The notes beneath the pieces were generated by a model that saw only the letters and a program-made list of their open reading frames with translations, ran no database searches and was not told the DNA's origin. A DNA stretch of 63,932 bases, filler included, from Octopus bimaculoides (lineage: Eukaryota): assembly GCF_001194135.2 (NCBI RefSeq). It is 7 parts of 6 records of this genome, joined end to end, with 100 filler letters (N's around TTAATTAATTAA, not from the genome) between each part and the next. Parts side by side here need not be neighbours in the genome. Positions count along the whole stretch, not along the records: positions 1 to 27,486 come from NC_069001.1; positions 27,587 to 46,477 come from NC_068985.1; 5 more parts are not named here. The stretch is one strand, 5' to 3'. Made by a program: the position numbers and the translations under genes. Below, in pieces: positions 22,651 to 37,045 of this stretch. Within the stretch, counting starts at the first letter, position 1, and every line of letters begins with the position of its first letter.

Positions 22651-25600
22651 CCAACAGAGATAGATCCGCGGTTAATGTGTACGTCCTATGAAGGAAACAA
22701 ACTTCGGCATTAAATTATCAAATTTACTTTTAAAATAGGTTTGAAATATTATTGAAATTTAAATTGAATTTTTTTTTCAATTAAGAAAAATATATTGAAT
22801 ATTTATTTTATTTTTATATTTTAGCAGAGAATATAATCTAAATTTGTCCTGAAGGTGAAGGTTAGAGAAGAAGTGTGAGTACGAACGGAAAAGATGGGAG
22901 AGAGAGAGAGAGGAAGGGAGGAAAGAAGAAAGTGAGGGAGAGATAAGGAGGGAGAAAGAAATAGAGAGAGAGTGGGCAGACAAAGAGGAAGAGACATGCA
23001 CAACAGCGGAGGAGGAGGCAGTAAAGGAAATAGAGGAAGTGACAGAGTAAAAAACTCGAGGGAGAGGGAGAGAGAAAAAAGTAGACTGACATTGAGCGAG
23101 AGAGAGTGAGAGAGAGAGAGAGTGTGAGGGAGAAAGAGAAGTTAGGATTTCTGACAACTTTGGGACAGTTTCTGTGTAAAATACCGGTCAAAGTATGAGT
23201 AGCGAGGATCACTCTAATCTTACCGAAGCTAACAATGGCAAAACAAAGGTAGGTGCCTTGCTATATTCGGCTGATTTTCACCATTTCACATATTCATATT
23301 TTCTGTAGCTTTCAAAGAGAAGCATTATGAAAGAAAAAAAATAATAACTAAAGAAAAAAAAGCGGAGCAAAGCTCGTTCTCTCTCTGGACCCTGTCTTCT
23401 CTCTGTCTCTCTTTGGAACCCTTCTCTCTCTCTCTATACCCTGTCTTCTCTGCTTCTCTTTTTCTGGACTCATCTGTCTCTCTCTAGCACTCTTTCTTTC
23501 TTTCTATCTTTCGCTGGAACCATTCCTTGTCTCTCTCCGTCTTTCTTCGAACTATTCTCTCTGAACCATTCTTCTCTGTCTCTTCTCTAAAATCCATTCT
23601 CTAAAACCCTTTCTCTTTCTATCGCTCTTCTCTCTTCGCTCTCTCTTTAATTTCTTCCCCGCTCTTTCGTTCCACCGTCTTCATTAATCTACAATTTATT
23701 TACAACTCACCATTATTTATTCTCAAGGTTCTATTTTCTCTAAGATCTAATAAAACCCAACTTTTGGCTGAACACAATTCCAACCGTTTTTTAAAAAAAT
23801 CTTATTTGTTTTTCTAGAGGATCCCTTTAGTTTAAACAAACAATAAAAATAAACGGTTGGATTTCGATTTAAGAATAAATCGGGGGGAAAAAAGGCGGGT
23901 TAAAGAAATTAAAAATAAGTCTGAAATATACGTGTAGATAAAAAGCAAACAAAAAGTTCTCACGTTGAATATATATATATATATAACATTAGCAAGAAAA
24001 AAATTCCTCTTCAAACATCAGTAGCAACAACAACGAAGACCGCAAGCAATACACTAATTAATCTGTCTTAATAGATTTTAATCCATTGTTTACAAGTGAG
24101 TAACTATTAAGTCTCTCTTCTGATCCATCCATTCAATAATAACGTTTTGAAGAAGAAACAAAGGCGGATGGACCCGTCGTCACCAACCAACTTGGCCTCT
24201 TTCCTTTTTGCTCTTTGTTTCCATACATTTCGCTTCTCTCTCTTTTTTTTCGCCTTCAACAATTAACGAAAGCACCATGTCTATCTATCTATTTAATATA
24301 CTACATCTTCTCATTATCTCGCTAATTCTTCTTCTCACCTCCCTCTTTGTTTTTATAATTTTTATTTTTCTACTACTATATTAGTGGAGCACTTCTTAAA
24401 ACACTTAACTATCTCTGTTCTACTTCCTAAATCCGGCATTCTCTTTTCACTTTTCTATTTTTATCTATTCCTTCATTCTTCTACTTTATCTACCTATCTG
24501 TTTTTATTTTATCTCACTGTCTTTCTCGATTCATCTTTCACGCTTCGCGCTCTATCTATGTGTGTGTATGTGTGTACCTGCATGCTGTAATAGTGTTTAG
24601 CCTCAGGTCAAACTCAGATCGAGCAAAACCCATGATCAAACGCATTCCAGCCTTGACCATCTTTTCCCCAAGATGCAAAACAATATTATCCAATGCGCCC
24701 TTCTGTTTTGATCTTGTTTGTTTGTTTAAGCACTACGAGTTAGATTCGTGGGCGGATGGACATGGCTGCTATTTCTAGCAGGCCTAGCATCTACACAGCG
24801 GCTCGCTAGTTGGATATTGTTGTTTGTGGAGGAGCGAATCTGGGCGCCAAAAGCAGCAATACTTGATGCTTATGTCTCCTACCACCACACCACATATAAT
24901 ATAATGACAATGCAGTGAAATCAAACGATCTTTCTCCATATAGCACTCGCTCGTCCCCCCACCTTTTCCTTCTCTCTCTGCCTGTTTTTTTCTGTTTCTC
25001 TCTCTCTCTCTATTCCTCCTCCACACTGTTTTAATTCCAGCACCGACTAGCCATGTCAGTCGGCTTTGTTAGAATAGAGATTACCCACTCCTATAACTAA
25101 CTGATAGAGGAGGAAAGCTTTCCACATAGAGACAGACACACACGCATTATATATATATATACATATATATTCATTACGTATATGCATGTGCGTATACAAT
25201 ATGCAATATAAGTCATATTTCTGAGACGTGTCTTCATAAAATCTAGACACAATATCGCTTCTCCTTTCGCCAAATGAGTGAAGCCTTTGTTTCTTGTGTG
25301 TAACATTTTCGTTGCTCTTCACATTCTGCTTGCTGGCTTACTTTTCCTATAAGCTGTATAATTTTTATTTGAAAATAGCGCCTGTATAAGTTTCTGAAGT
25401 TTGCATTATATCTGGCTTTCTTCTTTTTTTTTTTTTTTTCTTTTCCCCCACCATCATATCGCGCACCGCCTTTGAAATAAGACCACGTACGAGATAAGGA
25501 GACCTCCACGTGGTCGGTCGATTTCGTTAAAAATAGCAGCCAGGTATCCCTTCAACTCACGATTATCGTCCTCAAAAATAGGGAGGGCACAATGTCGTCC

Positions 25601-27530
25601 TAGAAGTGTGTTGGTCAATAATCTGCTGGATCATATATAGTTGCTAAACAATAGCAACTATAAATGCTACCAAATGGAACCGCTTAAGCAACCATTCAAA
25701 CTATCAGAAACAATAGACACATCGCCCTCAAATCACTACCTACGTATTTCAAGAACGAAGGACACGTTAGATAATTTAGAGTAAAATCCAAGGGAACCGG
25801 TTCTGGATATACTAGGTTTGAATAAAAGACGGGATTGTCACGGCTAGAAGACTTTTAGTCATAAGGTTCACTCAAGGATGTCTTGTGGCTAAGACAACAA
25901 CAAACACGTTATATTCTTCAAATATTCTATAAGCAGTCGATTTGCACAGCGTGACTGCTTGTGTGTGTGTATAGATGTACACAAGCGTATTATGTTCATC
26001 TGTGTGTGACGCGAACCAACAAAGAAGTCTTGTGTGCTCTCGTTCGGCCCTATTAGAAGTAGCAGTTAAATTTGCCTTCATCACGTTATACCATTTTAAA
26101 ACCAAAAGGGATAACGTTTTGATAATGTGGTTCTTGATGAACCGTCTTTCAAATATGTTAGGATGGTCATTGCTCGTATACTTTTAAGTCCGCTCCACCA
26201 GTACTGACCTGGAGGGTTGGCTGTACAACAAGTTTTAAATATATAACTTGTTTCCTTCAGCCTTACGCGCACATACGCAGCATATCTTAGAATTAGAAAT
26301 AATTTATTTTTTATTTTTTATCGATTCTTCTGTTTATTTCAGACTCTTATTTCTGAATATTTCCCTATCCTTACTCGAAAATATATTTACTTTTGCCCAT
26401 TTTCTAAAACGATCACCTCATAACGACGGAATCCTTAATTAGGGTTTAGGAATCTTTCGTTGTCAGAAACTGCATGTGTAGGGCGCGCATTTATATTGGG
26501 AAAAATAACGACGCTTTCATTTTACAAATTTATAGGTGTGCAGATTGAATTAAATTAGTGTTTCCGATTTAAGGTTTAAACAATTATGTTTTTCGATATT
26601 GGGGTTTCAGAAACTCCGCCAATGAGGGGGTTTTATGCAAAGGCGGGGAGGGTTCTTCCACTCCGGCTTAACCTAGAACTAGATGTCAAGTGTCCCTTAA
26701 ATCACTTTCTTTTTTAAAAAAGCGATTGAATTATGTTATTTAATAACACTAATGCCTAGAAATAAAATAATACAGGGCAGTCAAGGCTGGAATGCCATTA
26801 GTTATAGGTTTTGCTCAATCAGTGAAGGCCAAATTGTACATTAAAGTTTAGTGTATTTAGGGTCCTACATATGAATAGAATTATACAAAGGGACTAAAAT
26901 TAGTAGAGTTGCTGATATTATACACACTTTTTGTGTGAATCATTTTTCAACTATTAGAAATCGATCTGGCTTTAATATATTCGCCTAAATCCCTCCCTTC
27001 TTCGTATAATAATGTGACCCGGTGTCTAATGTTCCTTAGAGTGTCGGGTAAAATACCTCGTTTGCGTTATTTAGTTACAGCTCTTTTATATTCCGAGTTC
27101 AAATCGCATCGGTGTCGGTTTTGGTTTTCATCCCATGGGGGATGTATATCGAATAAAGTTGCTAGTCAAATTACTGAAGGTATTGATTTCAAACCGGCAC
27201 TATTCTCCCTCCAAAATACGTATGGTCTTGTTTGCACAATTACTTTGAAAGAGAGCACTATTTTCATTATCATAAGGCGGACGAGCTGGCAGAATCGTTA
27301 TAGCGCGCCGAGCAGTCCGTCTTTAGCCGGAGTCAACTTTGCCTTTCATCCCTTCTGGGTCGATGTAAACTATTTACTCCACCCCGAAATTGCTGGCCTT
27401 TCGCCTAAGTCAGTAGCCATTAAGTAAAGGGCGGTGGATAGGCAAAATCGTTAGAGCATCGGGGCGGTGGGGATGCTTTGCGGCATNNNNNNNNNNNNNN
27501 NNNNNNNNNNNNNNNNNNNNNNNNNNNNNN

Positions 27531-27542
27531 TTAATTAATTAA
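27531..27542. other. Artificial TTAATTAATTAA scaffold spacer (also 46522, 56339, 57923, 60954, 62583)
   Basis: The identical 12-mer always lies between two N runs and has stops in all six frames; assembly linker. Confidence 0.85.
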
Positions 27543-28065
27543 NNNNNNNNNNNNNNNNNNNNNNNNNNNNNNNNNNNNNNNNNNNNACATATATATATGT
27601 ATATATATACATATATATATGTATATATATATATATGTGTATGCATGTATATATATATATAGGCTTGGTAGAAGAAACACCATAGATAGAACTCAATACA
27701 TGAGTATATATGTTATATTATTTATAATCGGCAGAAATTACAAAGTAACTCAAAAGCCGAATTTCGTATATTGCCATGCTATGCACGAAACCCTCAGTCC
27801 CTGAGTCACTTTGTATCTTCAACCTATTGAAAATAAAAATAAAATAATAATAATCACTTCTACTCTAGGCACAAGGCATGGAATTTGTGGGAAAGGGGAT
27901 AGTCGATTAAATTGACCCCAGTGCTCAACTGGTACTTATTTTATCGACCTCGATTGGATGAAAGGGAAGTCTACCTCAGCGGAATTTGAACTCAGAACGT
28001 AGTGACGGACGAAATGCAGTTATGCTTTTGGTCGGGTATGCTGACGATCCTGTTAGCTCGCCGCC

Positions 28066-28066
<1 letters not shown>

Positions 28067-28139
<73 letters not shown>

Positions 28140-28268
28140 TCTGTTTACTGGAAGCACAAGGCCTCAAATTTGGTGAAAGGGATTAAGTTAATTTCATCGA
28201 CCTCAGTGCGTAACTGGTACTTATTTAATCCATCCCGAAAGGATGAAAGGCAGCTCGCCGCCTTAATG

Positions 28269-28340
<72 letters not shown>
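28067..28340. repeat. (AAT)n microsatellites (also 31416-31520, 32858-32910, 48177-48220, 63550-63647)
   Basis: Direct inspection. Confidence 0.95.
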
Positions 28341-28341
<1 letters not shown>

Positions 28342-29899
28342 CAACACAGTTATACCTACACAAATCGGTGAGGCATACAAGTGTCTCACCGACTTTGTTC
28401 CTTTGTAACCTCAGAAAAAAGGAACAATTTTAATGAGATTTTCTACAAATACCTTTCTTATGGTGTAGATTCGATTTTAGACTTTTCAAAACTTTATTGA
28501 AACTCTACAATCGAAGGATAAGATAACAAGCTGAATCTCTTAATCAGTTATGTATCGTAGATTATATTCGTAAAACCAATATAATCGGAATCTACACTAT
28601 CATAAAAGTATTTGAAGAAAGTTTCATTAAAAAATATCTGTTTTTCTGAAAATTATAAAGAAAGAAATTCGAGTAGGTGGGGGGCACACTTGTGTAGCTA
28701 TGCTAATAATACATACATAGTTACATACACATATTTATATATAAATCTATCTTTATGTCTTTATATACATCCACGGAATATAAATTTATAAGAACCATAC
28801 TTTCATGTATACACAGAAAGAAACAGGAACGTAGATTACGGAGATAAACTCTAAAGTTTGAATCAAGTTTGATAAACAAATAGAAATTTGTAAGGACATG
28901 CAAATGCTGCGTAGTTTTAACATTATGTAAAACATTAAGGTAACATTATGAATTATTCATTTCTTGGTACTTTTGTGTCTTTAAATTTCATCATTTTTTA
29001 TTAACGAGAGCATGATAATAATAATGAAAAGAAATTTGATAATCCAGTTAAGAAATTCCATTTAAATATATATTCAAATGATATACTATTTATCTTGAAT
29101 TAAAAATAAAAGCATCGCAGATAGTAATACTGATTTTTAATATATTTATACATCACTGTTTTTAAATATACATTGCACACGCAATATGGACATACGCTGA
29201 TATATTCTTACATATGTTGATATGTATTATACTTACAATATGTTTACACCAATATATTTATTTGACCTCACTAACATTCCTATCCATACACAAACACATA
29301 TACACATATGCATATCCTCCACCACCGAGTGAATAAATCATTTGCTACACCGGGAAGGCATACTCGAACGACGTGTGACGCCTTTCTACTCTTTTTCACA
29401 CACACACACACACACACACACATGAATACAGTATTAGTTGCAAATTTTGACACAAGGCCATCAATTTCTGGATAAGTCGATTACATCGACCCCAGTGCTC
29501 AACTGGTATTTATTTTATCGACCCCGAAAGGATGAATAGTCAAAGCTGACCTCGGCGGAATTTGAACTCAGAACATAAAGACGGACGAAATGTTGCTAAG
29601 AATTTCGTCCGGCGTGCTAACGATTCTGCCAGCCTGCTTCCATGAAAAACAGCTGTAATATTGGAATAAGTATACACCAATCCTCTTGGAACATACACAT
29701 CCATCTATAAATCACGTCACTTTTATTAGAGAATTGGAATTTCGAAAAATTGCATCCCGCTTATCTTCAGACATTCTGTCTAAAATTTCAGTCATAAAAC
29801 CGAGGAGTGATCCTAAAAGTTGAAAGCAGGAGAAAAAAGGGGCAATCAAATAAAAAAAATTAAAATATGGGTCAGAATCAATAATAATGCATGCATCCA

Positions 29900-30430
29900 T
29901 CCAGACTTTCAACCAAGGGCGTTGGGGTTGAGTTCTCAGGCTCCTCGTCCACAAGGCTCTGTCAGAAGCAACCATCATTACACGTTCCGGTTGGACTCTC
30001 AAGCGTGATCAACTGTGACTATGGATATTACCCAACCACATCGCTCATGATCTACTCCTAGATCTACCGCTTGGCTTGGCTGGAGGAATTTGTCTTGAGA
30101 TTCTTTTCTGTGATATTCTTATCTCTTGTCCATATTACTGGAGCCGTGGCTTCTCAATACAGAGAACATATGTTCTCAATACAGTGACTCGACCATGAAA
30201 GGCTCCCTAAACTCCGATTTTTAATATAGTAATACATCATTGATTTTAAATGTGCATTGCACACGCAATACGGACTCCTGTCCAGTAACATTACTCCTGA
30301 GAACCTTCGCAGGAACTCTATTTTGGCCGCTTGGATTCGCAATCATACTCTCAGTAGTTACCTGACCTTCATGACCATATGTAATGACAGGCTCGAAAAC
30401 CGAAGATAACAAATTTGGCCTTCTTACCAA
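29900..30430 (-). mobile_element. RTE-clade LINE 3' fragment
   Basis: Frameshifted SVFEPVITYGHEG, MRIQAAKIEFLRRFSGVMLLDR and RPRGRPR-like motifs, typical of the RTE post-RT region. Confidence 0.7.
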
Positions 30431-31415
30431 CCTCTCTTCTTCAGAAGACTGAGTGCTGGAGCTACCGCATTACTATACCAGCACATGCAATTCTAGCCTC
30501 CAATTCAGTCCCCTGCTTCCTCTTTCTCGAGAATACGATCCCAAATTAGTTAAACTTCTCCGTTTGTCTTCGTGATGTTTGACTAACACGCAGAGTGCAC
30601 TGAGATAACTTTGAATACACATTTCCATTTTTTTACGTCAAATTTTGATTCAAATTTGAACTTCATTTTTCACTGTTTGGACAACCTTGAGTAAGGTCTT
30701 GAATATACTGATGAAACTTTAACAGATTGGGCAACGTTTCAGGACTTATACTACCAATACTTGTCTGAATGATACCCAATGCTCCAAGACGCTATAGCAA
30801 AAAAAAAATGGAGATTCAAAGTCAAACTNNNNNNNNNNNNNNNNNNNNNNNNNNNNNNNNNNNNNNNNNNNNNNNNNNNNNNNNNNNNNNNNNNNNNNNN
30901 NNNNNNNNNNNNNNNNNNNNNNNNNNNNNNNNNNNNNNNNNNNNNNNNNNNNNNNNNNNNNNNNNNNNNNNNNNNNNNNNNNNNNNNNNNNNNNNNNNNN
31001 NNNNNNNNNNNNNNNNNNNNNNNNNNNNNNNNNNNNNNNNNNNNNNNNNNNNNNNNNNNNNNNNNNNNNNNNNNNNNNNNNNNNNNNNNNNNNNNNNNNN
31101 NNNNNNNNNNNNNNNNNNNNNNNNNNNNNNNNNNNNNNNNNNNNNNNNNNNNNNNNNNNNNNNNNNNNNNNNNNNNNNNNNNNNNNNNNNNNNNNNNNNN
31201 NNNNNNNNNNNNNNNNNNNNNNNNNNNNNNNNNNNNNNNNNNNNNNNNNNNNNNNNNNNNNNNNNNNNNNNNNNNNNNNNNNNNNNNNNNNNNNNNNNNN
31301 NNNNNNNNNNNNNNNNNNNNNNNNNNNNNNNNNNNNNNNNNNNNNNNNNNNNNNNNNNNNNNNNNNNNNNNNNNNNNNNNNNNNNNNNNNNNNNNNNNNN
31401 NNNNNNNNNNNNNNN

Positions 31416-31521
<106 letters not shown>

Positions 31522-31687
31522 TTATAACACAGTTATACCTACAGAAATCGGTGAGGCACACAAGTGTCTCACCGACTTTGTTTCTTTGTAACCTCAGAAG
31601 AAAGGAACAATTTTAATGAGATTCTCTACAAATACACTAAACATTTCGTGCAGCGTGCCAACGATTCAGCTAGCTCGCCGCCTTAGC

Positions 31688-31722
<35 letters not shown>

Positions 31723-32083
31723 TAATAATAATAATGATGATGATGATGATGGTTGCTCCCGTTAGTTTCGACGTATGAGTGTTTGAAGGACAGGACTTAA
31801 AGCTAAAGAGAGTAACAGAAAGAAAGGAAGAAAGAAAAACAAAAGGAATGAAAATAAAAGAAGTTGCATCCATTTGCGATGGATGCAAAAATCTAATCTG
31901 AGTCCAGGTATAGATTTTGCTATGAAGAAGTCACAACGGGGACACTGATGATTTTGATTTTGCCTGGCACTGGGCATGCGTGTCTGTTGATTGCGGGATA
32001 TAACTCTTCTATTGTTCTTTTTCTTCGACTCAAATTGTTTGGATGTATCGTGACACAATGCAGATCGCAAAATTTGAAACGAC

Positions 32084-32084
32084 G

Positions 32085-32170
<86 letters not shown>

Positions 32171-32195
32171 AATAATAATAATAATAATAATGATA
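32084..32195. repeat. Compound (CAA)n/(TAA)n microsatellite
   Basis: Direct inspection; it is the source of the poly-Q/C/L ORFs in the track. Confidence 0.95.
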
Positions 32196-32628
32196 ATAAT
32201 TCTGATTATGATATGAGGAAAGGCTATAATTATTAAAATAGGCTACGCTATGAAAATTATACATCTAATTCTCATTTTAAATGTGAAAATTTTTATTTAT
32301 ATGGTAATTGTAAGAACACCATAATTATAAAACAAAGTTATAATTATGAAATTATATAACCTTAAATCATATTTCTATTTAAAATTATAATTATTAAAAC
32401 GTTATAATTATGTAAGTATCGTAACTATGGGCACATGTTCTAATGAAAAAAAAACCCCAACATTTTTATAAAACAATTTTAAATTGATTTATATATTAAA
32501 TCATATTTACAATAATTATGGAAACAAGTTCGTTTTCTAATTATTATGAAAGTAATATAATTTAAAGCTGTAAGTATACCTTTGAAATTATGTTATATTG
32601 TCAAATTAAAGTATCCTATAATAATAAC

Positions 32629-32845
32629 GGTTTCAAATTTTGCCACAAGGGCAGCAATTTTGAGGGATGGGATGAGTCGATTACATCGACCCCAGTCTTC
32701 AACTGGTACTTAATTTATCGACCCCGCGAAAGGATGAAAGGCAAAGTCGACCTCGGTGGAATTTGAACTCAGAACGTAACGACGGGCGAAATACCGTTAA
32801 GCATTTCGTCCAGCTCGCTAACGATTCTGCCAGCTCACCGCCTTA
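32629..32845 (-). mobile_element. tRNA-derived SINE family 1 copy (others ~6019-6225, 27284-27480, 27855-28070, 29440-29635, 39305-39525, 50215-50345, 61243-61365)
   Basis: Head AAGGCGGTGAGCTGGCAGAATCGTTAGC (A-box-like), GAGTTCAAATTCC (B-box-like), body GTCGACTTTGCCTTTCATCC..GGGGTCGAT; repeated more than 10 times in the window. Confidence 0.8.
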
Positions 32846-32851
32846 GTGTCC

Positions 32852-32913
<62 letters not shown>

Positions 32914-33212
32914 CAACAACAGCAACAAAGATGGAACATTTTAAATCTAAATTCTTATTTTTCTATCCATCCATCCATCCATCCATACAGCCAACCAACC
33001 AACATACATACATACATACATACATACATACATACATGCACAAATTAACTAGCATTCACTTATTTACAATTCACGGAACTCTCTTGAATCAAACTAAGTA
33101 GCCTTATGAATTTATTTATGAAACGCCCAGTTTGAAGAATTTATATAACTCTGAAAAATAAAACAAGCATACATAAATATATGCGTACAAAAATACATAC
33201 ATACATATACAT

Positions 33213-33273
<61 letters not shown>

Positions 33274-33283
33274 NNNNNNNNNN

Positions 33284-33327
<44 letters not shown>

Positions 33328-33917
33328 CACACACATACATACACACGGAGAGAGATTCGAAAAACGTTTTGGTATTATCTATTCACCATTACATATGTTT
33401 CATTTGTAAATAGGAGTTACAAAATTGTACAAGTAGGAGAAACATGTTAGATATATCCTATTAGGAATTCTTCAGACACAGAATCAAATCATAAAAATGT
33501 ATTGTTTGATTCTCTGTCTGAAGAGTTTCTAACGTGAGATGTCTACACATTACTTTTATATGTACAATTTTGTAACTCCTATTAGTAAACGAACACGTGT
33601 AAATTTTTTCCAGTATTTTTCAACTCTTATGCATATCTCACACAAATATAACTTCTACATACAATTTTGGAGTACTGGAATTAGCAAATGTGTTTCAAGA
33701 GGACACAACTTAGATTTTAAACCTACATACATACATACATACATACATACATACATACATACATTCGTATGTACATTAATAAATAAACACATACATGCTT
33801 ACATACAGACCTACGTTATGCATACAAAAGTGCATTTTGAACATATTATGTCTCTTTAAGTGGAAAGTTACTTGGAAGAATATGGTTAACTGAGTGGATG
33901 AGAATATTTCTGAGAGT

Positions 33918-34166
33918 TTATATGTTGATAGTAATGACTCCGCTGATTTGCAAGATGGAGAACAAGAGGTAAAGAATCCACATAAGGAATGTAAAACATG
34001 CTGAGATATATTTTGTTGTATTTGGACCACCGAGTTCTGCTTTGCCAAATACCGGATGCAGACGGCGCAAAACGAGTAGAGACATCGTCAGTGCGGAGAA
34101 GATAGTATACAGTACAACGGTGAATGCCAGACTTTCAGTTTTGCCTTGGAAATTGAATTTGGTACC
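33918..34166 (-). CDS. NCX terminal coding exon (82 aa + stop)
   Basis: cttttcag|GGT acceptor; GTKFNFQGKTESLAFTVVLYTIFSALTMSLLVLRRLHPVFGKAELGGPNTTKYISACFTFLMWILYLLFSILQISGVITINI*. Not in the supplied ORF track. Confidence 0.92.
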   Translation of the reverse strand, partial: GTKFNFQGKTESLAFTVVLYTIFSALTMSLLVLRRLHPVFGKAELGGPNTTKYISACFTFLMWILYLLFSILQISGVITINI

Positions 34167-36962
34167 CTGAAAGACAGAATGGGAAACTTAGAACTAAAAC
34201 TTGATCTTTATTTTCTCATTTATAATTAATAATTTATGTATAAACGATGTGAATGACTTCTTCGTTGGTTGCGATAATAAGTTCCCAGTTGTTTGATCAA
34301 CATAACTACGAGGGGGTGCTGAAAAGTTCCTGGCTTTGGTTAAAAGAAAATACAGGACAATCAGTTAGTTATAATTTTATTCAACACATTCTCAGATTGA
34401 CACAGCTGTTGCAGCGGCCCTTCAGTTTTTCTAAGCTCTGTAATAAACCCGGAAGGTTGAGCCACCAGCCAGATCTTTCGCGACACCAGAAACTTTTCAG
34501 CACTCCATCGTACTTTCTCATTGTATTATAGTGGCAGAGTCGTTTGCGCGTCGGACAAAATGCTTAGCAGTATTTCTTCCTGTTCTTTACATTCTGAGTT
34601 CAAATATTGCTGAGGTCAGTTTTGCTTTTCGTCCTTTTGGAGTCGATAAAAGAAAGCATCAGAAAGAACTGAGGTCGATGTTATCGTTTACCCAACTCCT
34701 ACTAACTATACCGAGCTCGTGCCAAAATTTGAAACAGATATATAGTCTCAGTGGCTGAATATCCCACAGAAAATTGTCCTGGAGATATAGCAACCAAGCA
34801 GAATCTGTGTGAGAAAACCCGGGCTTCGAATTACAGACACAGGTACAGTCCGGCCTCACTCATAAGGTTTGAGTCGAGCTGAGGGTGTGGTAAAAATGCT
34901 CTTGCCTGAAGTGCTGTCTGGTGTGTTGGGACCTGGGACCTCATGATTGCGGACCGAACTTCATTACCATTCGCTAATATATGAGCGGGAAGGCTATTGT
35001 ATATACACAAACATATAAACAAGTGAGACGTGGGCTAGTACGAAGAGGGAAGAATGCCGACGCAAAGGGCCATTGGAATGTCATTGAGAGAGCACATCCG
35101 AAATAAGGTAATTCGAGAACGGTGCGGAGTGAACGATGTGGTCGCAGAATATCGAAAGCAGAAGTTCCACTGGGCTGGACATATCGCAAAGTTCACAAAC
35201 AAGAAATGAATCTGTGAAGTTGCCGAATGGTAGGTATCCAAGTGATTGGAAAAGCCACGCGGAAGGCCTCCACGAGTATGGGAGGATGATTTAGTTAAAC
35301 GATTTAGATCAAAATGGAAAATAAGGATGCAATCAAGAAAGAATTGTAAGTGCATTGCGATCAGCGGTATATAACAACATCCGATATTCTAGTCGATACA
35401 ATGGTACACTGATACAAACACACAAACACCGGTTTATGTTTACACACAAATACCCACGCATAAATGTAGAGTGGAGTAAAATAATAATTCTATGGACAGT
35501 AAATTTAAGAAGTAGGAGAAAATAGAAGTATTGTCAGAAAAGATAGGTAAAAGAAAAGAAAAAAAAGCAATGGTTTGGAGAGAGATTGCATAAGAGGAAA
35601 AACAATGAGGACAGTGCATACATACACACACGTGCGCGCACACACAAACACGCGCGCGCGCACAATGATTTGACAATATTAGTACCAATTTGAGACAGAA
35701 AAGAGGAGAAACAGACATATATCACAAAAAATAATGTATCTAATTTTAACATTGTCGTAAGGCCACATAGTATTTGACTGGTATTTTATTTCATCGATCC
35801 AAGTGGATGACTGTCAAAGTTAACCTTAATGGGATTTGAACTCGGAATGTAAAGAACTGTAACTAAATGCTAAAAGGCATTCTGTCCGACGCTTTGCCAA
35901 TCCACCACTTCTAAAAGTTAATGTATAGAAAAAAGAATCTAGAAAAGAATTCCACTTACGTTGGTGTAGTGATACACAGAAGCAATAAACCAAGGAAGTC
36001 CAAGACCCAAAAACACATTAACTGCGTTGCTCCCATTTATGTTTCCGATTGCATTATCCGCCCATTTCTCTTGCAGAGCTGCTTGTCTGCTGGCAAATGT
36101 ATCTGGCATACTGGTCCCTAGAGCAACGAGTGTGATGGCCGTTATACTCTTGTTTAAGTCAATTAGACAACCGAAGATCGAGGCCAAGTCACTGATCAAT
36201 GCTGTTATAACGCCGATCATAGATAACGAGAAGAAAAACGTTAACCAGCCTCCACACAGTGACGGCGGTGGTACAAAAGCAAATACGATCTGAAACGAGA
36301 ACATTCATAGTTATAGCCAGGAGTTAACTTGAATAATTAGAAAAGTATCAAATTTACTATGGACTGCTATGCATATTCTTTAATCTGAAATTCTGTGAAT
36401 CTATTATAAATGCTAAAATGTAGGAGCTGGCGAAGGAGTATCTAAGGGGCCACAGTTGTAAGGAACAGTGTCACAAACAATTCAAGACTGGATTGCAAAC
36501 GCATACCCTTCAAAGTGGGAGGTAGTAATCCGTCTATTGGTCCATAATAGACTGCTTTGATGATCGATGTTACTATCATCACGAAGCTTTCTACCAACAT
36601 ATCCGTGCATAGTCTTCTGCTCATATAAGCTCATACTTTCATCTGATGATAAGTTGCGGTGGAGTCGTGCGACTTCTTTGGGCATGTATTTAAGGTTATC
36701 AGACAAAGAATGTTGCCCAAGGCGCTGCCTTCCAAGTCTTACGATGTTGTCAGTTTCAAATATGCAAATTTGGTCAAGAGATGCACTTCGACACTTGGTG
36801 GTTAAAAGATGTTGCCGAAGGGATATGATGCAACATTCAAAGGCATTTTGGATCGATGTTAAGCCTCTGCCGCCTTGTTTTCATTTTAGGTAGAGGCGAT
36901 CTACGTTACTGTTTATGTGGAAATTATGTATGTATGTATGTATGTATGTATGTATGTATGTA

Positions 36963-37045
<83 letters not shown>

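Noticed and set aside
27531-27542. Recurrent TTAATTAATTAA palindrome
   Set aside because: Always between N runs; artificial scaffold linker.
29712-29815. Possible orphan terminal exon GSLLGFMTEILDRMSEDKRDAIFRNSNSLIKVT* after an acceptor-like site
   Set aside because: No recognisable homology, no partner exon, and adjacent to LINE debris.
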